Source: an uncultured virus (IMG/VR IMGVR_UViG_3300035126_001036)
Lineage: Duplodnaviria > Heunggongvirae > Uroviricota > Caudoviricetes
IMG/VR virus record: IMGVR_UViG_3300035126_001036
Span: 62,001-126,000 of that record
Direction: 5' to 3' (one strand)
Length of the DNA stretch: 64,000 nt
Part shown: piece after piece, positions 57,060-64,000 of the stretch
Layout: each line of letters begins with the position of its first letter
Numbering within the stretch: position 1 is the first letter of the stretch
Program-made: the position numbers and the translations under genes
Notes under the pieces: model-generated
Seen by the model: only the letters and a program-made list of their open reading frames with translations
The model's database searches: none
Told to the model about the DNA's origin: nothing

Positions 57060-59240
57060 ATGGCTACACCTCAATTATCTCCTGGGGTTCTAATTAGGGA
57101 AGTTGATCTCACAGTAGGTCGTGTTGACAATATTTTAGATAATATTGGCGCTATTGCTGGACCTTTTCCAATTGGTCCTGTCGAAGAAGCAGTAGACATC
57201 ACCACAGAACAGGAACTTATCAACGTTTTTGGTAAACCAAAAAATGAAGACTCTCAATATGAATATTGGATTTCAGCATCCTCTTATCTATCTTATGGCG
57301 GTATTCTTAAAGTAGCCAGAGTTGATGACGACAATCTGGTTACTGCGAATGCAATTCGCAATGCTGCTGGTGTTTCTACTGCCGGAGAACCGACTCTAAA
57401 AATCAAAAACTTTGATGATTATGAACTAAATTATGATGATGATCTGGCCAACTACGTCTTTGCTGCCAAGACTCCTGGTACTTGGGCAAATGGCCTAAAA
57501 GTTTGTGTGATTGATGACAAAGCTGACCAAATTCTGACTGTAAACTCTTCTACCAGATCTGCCGCATCAGTTGGTTTTGGTGTAACAGTTGCTCTTACTA
57601 ATCAGGTCATTGCCGGAGCCGGGTCAACTAGCCTCTTTAATGGCCACCTGAAGGGTATTATTACCGGAGTTGGGGCTTCCACTCTTGACGTAAAAATCAC
57701 CTCGGTTGTTGCCTCTGGTACTACTGTAGATATCCCAGTAACTTATCAGCAAAGAAATCAGGCGGCTTCTATTCTGGCTGGCAATACCATTTCAGTTGTA
57801 AACAGCTCAGGTTCTGCTACCACTACTCATACTCTTGCTGCTAGTTCAGTAAAAGACTGGTATGATGAGCAATTCCTTGAGCTGGATAATAGCCGAATTC
57901 TATGGAGTTCTATTGCTCCTAAACCAACCACTACTCAGTTTGCCCTAGAGCGTAGTGCCAAAAATGATTCCATTCATGTTGCCATTGTTGACGATAGCGG
58001 TAGCGTAACCGGAATTCAAGGTAATCTGATAGAGAAGCATCTGTTCCTCTCCAAGGCATCTGATGCAATTTCTGCAGTAAATCCTGCGCAGAAGAATTTC
58101 TGGAAGATTTACATCGCCCAGTTCTCCAATTATGTTTATGCTGGCGATAACCCTTCAGACAATTCTAATCCAAATGAAGTAGTAGTACAAACTGGATTTG
58201 CCTCTGGTTTTACTGGTCTTTCCACTTCACAGGGTCAATGGAATCTTCCTGCCCAAGACAAGACCTTCAGTGCCCTAGGAAACGTTACTTACAATCTCTC
58301 TGGTGGTAAGAACTACACACCAACTGATGGCTACACCGCAACTCTGGGTGGTCTTGTTAGTGCATATCGCCTCTTCTCTAACCGAGATGAAATTGAGGTT
58401 GATTATCTAATTATGGGTCCTGGTCTTGGTAATAAATTTGAATCACAGGCAAAGGCCCAAGAACTGATTTCAATTGCGAATAATCGTAAGGATTGTATTG
58501 CAGTGATTTCTCCTCATCGGGGCGATGTAGTAGACATCAGTGACTCAAATCAGCAAACCGATGAGATTATTGAGTTCTTCTCCCCATTGAGTTCTTCTTC
58601 CTATGCTGTTTTTGATAGCGGTTATAAGTACACCTTTGATCGTTTCAATAACAAGTTCCGTTACATTCCTTGCAATGCTGACGTTGCAGGTCTAATGGTA
58701 AGAACCGCGATTGAACTTTATCCTTGGTTCTCTCCTGCTGGTCAGCAAAGAGGTATCCTAAACAATGCTATCAAACTGGCCTACAATCCAAACAAGGCCC
58801 AGAGAGATCGTTTGTATCCTCTACGGATCAATTCCATTGTAAACCAGCCTGGTATCGGGGCTCTTCTGTTTGGTGACAGAACTGCTCTTGGATTTGCCTC
58901 AGCATTTGATCGTATCAATGTCAGAAAGCTATTCCTTACTGTTGAACAGGCTCTTGAAAGAACTGCTCAGGCTCAACTCTTTGAGCTGAATGATGCCATT
59001 ACCAGAGCAAACTTTATCAACATTGTTGAGCCCTATCTAAGGGATGTTCAGGCAAAACGAGGTCTGATTGATTTCCGGGTGATCTGTGACGAAACTAATA
59101 ACACTCCAGATGCTATTGATAATAAGGAATTTAGAGCAGACATTTTCCTAAAGCCCACCAAGTCTATCAACTATGTAACTCTTACATTCGTTGCTACTAG
59201 AACTGGGGTTAGCTTTGAAGAAGTGACTGGACGAGTTTAA
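57060..59240 (+). CDS. gp18: tail sheath protein gp18
   Basis: SPGVLIREVDLT; PWFSPAG..RG; FDRINVRKLF. Confidence 0.96.
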   Translation: MATPQLSPGVLIREVDLTVGRVDNILDNIGAIAGPFPIGPVEEAVDITTEQELINVFGKPKNEDSQYEYWISASSYLSYGGILKVARVDDDNLVTANAIRNAAGVSTAGEPTLKIKNFDDYELNYDDDLANYVFAAKTPGTWANGLKVCVIDDKADQILTVNSSTRSAASVGFGVTVALTNQVIAGAGSTSLFNGHLKGIITGVGASTLDVKITSVVASGTTVDIPVTYQQRNQAASILAGNTISVVNSSGSATTTHTLAASSVKDWYDEQFLELDNSRILWSSIAPKPTTTQFALERSAKNDSIHVAIVDDSGSVTGIQGNLIEKHLFLSKASDAISAVNPAQKNFWKIYIAQFSNYVYAGDNPSDNSNPNEVVVQTGFASGFTGLSTSQGQWNLPAQDKTFSALGNVTYNLSGGKNYTPTDGYTATLGGLVSAYRLFSNRDEIEVDYLIMGPGLGNKFESQAKAQELISIANNRKDCIAVISPHRGDVVDISDSNQQTDEIIEFFSPLSSSSYAVFDSGYKYTFDRFNNKFRYIPCNADVAGLMVRTAIELYPWFSPAGQQRGILNNAIKLAYNPNKAQRDRLYPLRINSIVNQPGIGALLFGDRTALGFASAFDRINVRKLFLTVEQALERTAQAQLFELNDAITRANFINIVEPYLRDVQAKRGLIDFRVICDETNNTPDAIDNKEFRADIFLKPTKSINYVTLTFVATRTGVSFEEVTGRV

Positions 59241-59275
59241 TTATAAACCCATTAACTTAAGGAGGATTTTCTAAA

Positions 59276-59896
59276 ATGTCTACTTTACGCACAATCAACG
59301 GTTTTAAATCAGCCCTAAAAGGTGGTGGTGCTCGCCCTAATCTGTTTGAGGTTGAAATTCCAAGTTTTCCAAATTCCCTTAGTGGTATTTGGGGAACAGA
59401 GGAAAAAACATCCTTCAAATTTCTTTGTGATGCAACCTCCATGCCAGCATCAAATATTGATCCAATCAATATTCCTTTCAGGGGTCGTATTATGAAAGTG
59501 GCCGGAGACCGTACTATTGATATCTGGTCAGTAACCGTAATCAACGATGAGGACTTCAGGCTCCGTTCTGCATTTGAACTCTGGGCTAATCTAATCAACA
59601 AACTTGAAAATGCAACTGGCGCTACTTCACCAAATGCTTATATGGTTGATGCCTTGGTCCATCAACTTGGTCGGGGTTCTACTAGTTTTTCTGATACTGC
59701 TAGTACTGCCCAAAATAATAGTTCTCTTACTCCACTAAGAACCTATAAAATGTATGATATTTGGCCTTCCAATGTATCAGCAATTGATCTATCTTATGGA
59801 ACCAACAATGAAATCGAGCGGTTTACTGTCGATTTCCAAGTAAACTGGTGGGAAGCCGGTAGTCCAGCAGATCAGGCAAACAGGCCAATTAAGTAA
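59276..59896 (+). CDS. gp19: tail tube protein gp19
   Basis: GGGARPNLFEV; FRGR.MKVAGDRT...W.VTVINDEDF. Confidence 0.95.
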   Translation: MSTLRTINGFKSALKGGGARPNLFEVEIPSFPNSLSGIWGTEEKTSFKFLCDATSMPASNIDPINIPFRGRIMKVAGDRTIDIWSVTVINDEDFRLRSAFELWANLINKLENATGATSPNAYMVDALVHQLGRGSTSFSDTASTAQNNSSLTPLRTYKMYDIWPSNVSAIDLSYGTNNEIERFTVDFQVNWWEAGSPADQANRPIK

Positions 59897-59926
59897 CCTA
59901 AATAGGGTGATCTTAAAATTTAAATT

Positions 59927-61606
59927 ATGGCAAAGTTATTTGGTTTCTCAATTAATGATCGCACCGAATTAACCCCAAGTACAATCTCCCCCGTTCCTCA
60001 AAATGCCGAGGACGGGGCAGATTATTATCTAACGTCTGGGTTTTTTGGCTCTTATGTTGATATTGAGGGTGTTTATAGAAACGAATTTGAATTAATCAAA
60101 CGTTATCGAGAAATGGCACTTCACCCAGAGGTGGACGAGGCCATTGAAGATATTGTAAATGAGGCAATTGTTTCTGATACTTATGACAGTCCGGTTCAGA
60201 TTGAATTGTCTAATCTAAATGCTAGTGATGGTATTAAGACAAAAATCAGAGAGGAATTTAAACACGTTCTAAAACTTCTTGATTTTGATAAAAAATGTCA
60301 CGAGATTTATAGAAATTGGTATGTTGATGGTAGACTTTATTACCATAAGGTTATTGATCTTAAAAAACCAGAACTAGGAATTCAAGAACTTCGGTATATT
60401 GACAGCCTGAAGATGAGGTATATCCGAAAGGCCAAGCAAGATAAGAGTAATAATAGAATTCTTCAACACGATCCTAGAAATAGTGATCCAATGACTTATA
60501 AGTTCCCCGAAATGGAGGAATATTTTCTTTATAGTCCAAGACCATCTTATCCAAATTCTGGAACCAATATTTCTTCAGCAAGAAATGATAATGATGGTGA
60601 AATTAAACTAGCCAAAGATAGTGTAACTTTTTGTACTTCTGGTCTGATTGATCGCAATAAAAATATTACTCTTTCTTATCTCAATAAGGCAATTAAATCT
60701 CTTAATCAACTTAGAATGATTGAGGATAGTATTGTAATTTATCGAATGGTTAGAGGGACCGAGAGAAGAATTTTCTATATTGATGTGGGTAATATGCCCA
60801 AAGTCAAGGCCGAGCAGTATCTCAGAGAAACAATGATGAGATACCGAAATAAGATGAATTATAATATTGAAACCGGAGAAGTTTCAAACGACAGAAGATT
60901 CCAGAGTCTTATGGATGATTATTGGCTTCCAAGACGAGAAGGTGGAAGAGGAACTGAGGTAACTACTCTCCCTGGATCACAGAATCTTGGAGAACTAACT
61001 GACCTTAATTATTTCCAGAGAAAACTTTATAAGTCATTGAATGTTCCGTCCTCAAGAATTGATGGTGAAAGTGGTTTTAACCTAGGTAGGTCTTCAGAAA
61101 TTCTCAGAGACGAAGTTAAGTTTTCAAAGTTTGTGGGGAGACTTAGAAAACGATTCTCTAGGTTGTTTGTGGACCTTCTAAGAACTCAATTGATTCTTAA
61201 GAATATTATTACTCCAGAAGATTGGGCCGAGATGAGTGAGCATATTCAATTTGATTTCCTTTATGATAATCATTTTGCAGAACTCAAAGAATCTGAGCTT
61301 CTCACCGAAAGACTGAATATGGTCTCAATGGCCGAGCCTTATATTGGAAGATTTTATTCCCAGGATTATGTTAGAAGGAAAGTTCTTAGACAGACTGATG
61401 AAGAAATTGTTGAACAAGATGCTCTGATTCAAAAGGAAATTGAGACCGGAGTTATCCCAGATCCTTCTATTCCTATTGATCCAGAAACCGGGCAGCCTCT
61501 CGCAGAACCACCACCAGAGGAAATTGAAGGTGATATGGGTAAGGTTCCAACAGAACCAGAAGTCAAAACAAAGGCAGTAGAAATGCCAAAAGGTGGCGAC
61601 ATCTAA
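59927..61606 (+). CDS. gp20: portal protein gp20
   Basis: WYVDGR; NQLRMIED; ERRIFYIDVGNMPK.KAEQYL; WLPRREGGRGTE. Confidence 0.97.
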   Translation: MAKLFGFSINDRTELTPSTISPVPQNAEDGADYYLTSGFFGSYVDIEGVYRNEFELIKRYREMALHPEVDEAIEDIVNEAIVSDTYDSPVQIELSNLNASDGIKTKIREEFKHVLKLLDFDKKCHEIYRNWYVDGRLYYHKVIDLKKPELGIQELRYIDSLKMRYIRKAKQDKSNNRILQHDPRNSDPMTYKFPEMEEYFLYSPRPSYPNSGTNISSARNDNDGEIKLAKDSVTFCTSGLIDRNKNITLSYLNKAIKSLNQLRMIEDSIVIYRMVRGTERRIFYIDVGNMPKVKAEQYLRETMMRYRNKMNYNIETGEVSNDRRFQSLMDDYWLPRREGGRGTEVTTLPGSQNLGELTDLNYFQRKLYKSLNVPSSRIDGESGFNLGRSSEILRDEVKFSKFVGRLRKRFSRLFVDLLRTQLILKNIITPEDWAEMSEHIQFDFLYDNHFAELKESELLTERLNMVSMAEPYIGRFYSQDYVRRKVLRQTDEEIVEQDALIQKEIETGVIPDPSIPIDPETGQPLAEPPPEEIEGDMGKVPTEPEVKTKAVEMPKGGDI

Positions 61607-61632
61607 ATAGTAGCAGTTCATTATAAACAACC

Positions 61633-61782
61633 ATGGAAGAACTAATTAATGCCATTATTGAGGATGAATCTCCTTCTGCTATCAGCGATGCAATCAAAAA
61701 TATTCTTTCTGTCAAGGCAGTAGAAAAAATTGATGAATACCGGCCAGAAGTTGCTGCTAGTATGTTTAACGTAAATGAGTGA
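61633..61782 (+). CDS. small conserved protein downstream of portal (49 aa)
   Basis: Read by hand: MEELINAIIEDESPSAISDAIKNILS.KA.EKIDEYRPEVA; CTAAATA upstream. Confidence 0.7.
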   Translation: MEELINAIIEDESPSAISDAIKNILSVKAVEKIDEYRPEVAASMFNVNE

Positions 61783-62434
61783 TCTTTCAGATTTCTTTAA
61801 ACTAGTATCTGAAGAAAAAAGAAAGGCCAAGGAGGAATTGGATGAATTAATATCCAATTCCTTTGAAGAATCTTTTGTTAAACCCCTAATCGAACAGAAA
61901 TCTAGACCAAAAAAGAAGAAAAAAGAAGAGACATCTTTTGGTCAACCAACTCTCATTCAAAAATCCCTGGGGCTTCTTGCGGAACCAATTAAAACAAATA
62001 ATTCTGATCCGTTAACTCCTCTTAATCAAAACTTTCTTACTCTAGAAGAATTCCAAAAGCACTATAAGATCTTTATTGATCGGGTTCAACAACAGCTCTC
62101 TACCCTAGGTGGAGGTGGTGAAACTAATCTGACTTTTATGGATGTTCCAATGACATCCGTAACTTCTTCTTTTTATCAAATAGTTCCACAAGACTATTAT
62201 ATTGGAGTAAATTTCTCAGGTGCAGTAACAATTGTACTTCCTAAAGCCGAAAGAGAGGGGAAGATTTTTGTTGTAAAGGACGAGTTAGGAGAAGCATCCA
62301 AAGGAACCAATCGATACATCACTATTTTACCATCAAGTTCAGATTTAATTGATGGAAGAGATCGGGCAATTCTTGCTTATAATTTTGGATCTCTTACCTT
62401 CATTTGGAGAAATAATTCTTGGAGAGTCATCTAA
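61775..62434 (+). CDS. hypothetical protein
   Basis: QQQLSTLGGGGE; C-terminal DYYIGVN..VTIVLP...VVKDE. Confidence 0.75.
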   Translation: MSDLSDFFKLVSEEKRKAKEELDELISNSFEESFVKPLIEQKSRPKKKKKEETSFGQPTLIQKSLGLLAEPIKTNNSDPLTPLNQNFLTLEEFQKHYKIFIDRVQQQLSTLGGGGETNLTFMDVPMTSVTSSFYQIVPQDYYIGVNFSGAVTIVLPKAEREGKIFVVKDELGEASKGTNRYITILPSSSDLIDGRDRAILAYNFGSLTFIWRNNSWRVI

Positions 62435-63691
62435 ATGTCACACCTTTATGAACCATATAAACCTCAAGATGATGCTTTTGGTAGGGCAAGAGTTTCTGAG
62501 CCATTTACCCTAGGTGATTATAAACATCTTTATTCAATTGATCCAGATTTTATTGATGTTTATTCTGGAATCGGCGCCACATTGACTTTTAACGTCAACC
62601 AGGCAGCCGCGAATCTTCAATCTGGTATTTCTACTAATGGTTATACAATTCATCAGACAAAAAGATATCATCATTATATGCCAGGTAAATCTCAATTGAT
62701 TTACTCCTCTTTTAACTTTGGACAACCTCAACAAAATGTAATCAAGAGGACCGGTTATTTTGATGATAGGGACGGAATTTATTTTGAACAGGATCAAAAT
62801 GGAAATCTTAATTTTGTAATTCGTTCTTTTGTTAATGCCGGTATTGGTAATTCGGAAAGAAGAATTCCACAATCTCAATGGAACAAAGATCAACTTGATG
62901 GAAGTGGCGTCTCTGGATTTGATTTAGACATTACAAAAACTCAACTTTTCTTTACCGATTTTGAATGGCTTGGTGTTGGTAGAGTTCGTTGTGGATTTAG
63001 TCTTGATGGTAAGAATATTGTTGCACATGAATTTTATAATTCTAATAATGTTGATACCGTTTACATGTCAAATCCCAATCTCCCAGTAAGATGTGAAATT
63101 AGAAACACTGGAACTCAAGTTGGTGCTGGGGGGTCTTTTATCCAAATTTGCTCTACTGTGATGAGTGAGGGTGGTTATACAGAGGCTGGAAGAGAATTTT
63201 CTCATGCAACTTCTTTAAGATCTGTTGGTGTTGGATCAACAGTTCCTGTTCTGGCAATTAAACTTAAAAATTCTTTTAAAGGTTATCCAAATAGAGCTAC
63301 GGTAAAATTAGAGGATATTTCAGTTTTTAGTGTTGGATCAAATATAAAGTATGAGGTAGTAAAAATTAATAGTGCCGTGGGTTTGAGTACAACCGGGACC
63401 TGGATTTCTGAACACCCCGAATCTGTTGTTGAATACAACCAAACTGCAACCGGAGTTGGAACAACTCTATTTGAGGATTTTATGAGTGGATATGCTTCTG
63501 GTGACAGTCAAAATGTAAATAAACCAGCCGCAACTTTTTCTAACATTCAATCTGGCCCCACATCAAAGAAAAATTTCTTGTCTCAGAATTATAATTCAAC
63601 CAATTCTGAGATTTTTTCTGTAATAGTTACCAATATTGGTTCTAATTCAACAAATGTTGGTGTTTCTTTGAGGTGGAAAGAGATTTATTGA
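62435..63691 (+). CDS. conserved phage protein, probably virion-associated
   Basis: DAFGRARVSEPFTL; EWLGVGRVRCGF; 418 aa. Confidence 0.75.
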   Translation: MSHLYEPYKPQDDAFGRARVSEPFTLGDYKHLYSIDPDFIDVYSGIGATLTFNVNQAAANLQSGISTNGYTIHQTKRYHHYMPGKSQLIYSSFNFGQPQQNVIKRTGYFDDRDGIYFEQDQNGNLNFVIRSFVNAGIGNSERRIPQSQWNKDQLDGSGVSGFDLDITKTQLFFTDFEWLGVGRVRCGFSLDGKNIVAHEFYNSNNVDTVYMSNPNLPVRCEIRNTGTQVGAGGSFIQICSTVMSEGGYTEAGREFSHATSLRSVGVGSTVPVLAIKLKNSFKGYPNRATVKLEDISVFSVGSNIKYEVVKINSAVGLSTTGTWISEHPESVVEYNQTATGVGTTLFEDFMSGYASGDSQNVNKPAATFSNIQSGPTSKKNFLSQNYNSTNSEIFSVIVTNIGSNSTNVGVSLRWKEIY

Positions 63692-63732
63692 CTAAATAGT
63701 TTTAATAAATAACTAAAGAAACCCCGTTAAAA

Positions 63733-64000
63733 ATGTCGCTTCTTGATAAAAAATCCTCAGTAAAATTAAATTCTGGACAACTTGTTCAGGGAGTTGCTGT
63801 AGTTGATAGTGACGGAAATCAAGTTACTTCATTTGGGGGTAGTGGAGGTGGTTCTACAACTGTCGGGGTAGTAACAGTTTCTAATACCGTTTCTAATCCA
63901 GTTCCGGTTATTTCTGGACTAAATATTCCAAACCACAATAGAGTATCCCTTGCATATTCGGGATCTAATTTAGTTGGTGTTGCATACAGTTTTAATAATG
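63733..64000 (+). CDS. hypothetical protein, truncated by window end
   Basis: ATG after CTAAATA/ATAAATA; open to the end. Confidence 0.55.
   Translation, partial: MSLLDKKSSVKLNSGQLVQGVAVVDSDGNQVTSFGGSGGGSTTVGVVTVSNTVSNPVPVISGLNIPNHNRVSLAYSGSNLVGVAYSFNN

Noticed and set aside
30527..62893. Short antisense or alternative-frame ORFs inside structural genes
   Set aside because: Fully nested in well-supported gp genes, with no motifs or expression signals seen
1..64000. tRNA/rRNA genes and photosynthesis auxiliary genes
   Set aside because: None recognised by eye; a tRNAscan/Infernal run would be needed to exclude them formally

Overview
AT-rich segment of a T4-like myovirus, most likely a (freshwater) cyanophage. 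Positions 1-21.4 kb are an accessory/early region of small + strand ORFs arranged as promoter-led cassettes. They include a UvrD-like helicase, a pentapeptide-repeat protein, AbrB-like and ArdA-like proteins, a Lar-like Zn finger and a T3-type SAM-lyase-like protein. Positions 21.8-64 kb are the virion morphogenesis block: gp25, gp6, gp7-like (two ORFs), gp8, VrlC-like, gp13-gp16, gp17 with a class-3-like mini-intein, gp18, gp19 and gp20. Three observations stand out. (1) Eight dispersed copies of a 41-bp non-coding element with a covarying hairpin, each between a terminator and a leftward promoter, which is a candidate multicopy small RNA. (2) These copies and the neighbouring genes are driven by mirror-symmetric divergent promoters built on three different operator types: a 24-bp palindrome (21 copies, about 30 bp from the -10 box), LysR-type 15-mers (33-34 bp from -10) and NtcA-type GTA-N8-TAC boxes (22 bp from -10). 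(3) Four late genes begin with a T4-like capsid-targeting leader (MKTYxQF..E) and carry SAM-lyase-, GNAT- and ADP-ribosyltransferase-like motifs, suggesting enzymes packaged in the head and injected. All family calls come from motif recognition by eye; no searches were run.
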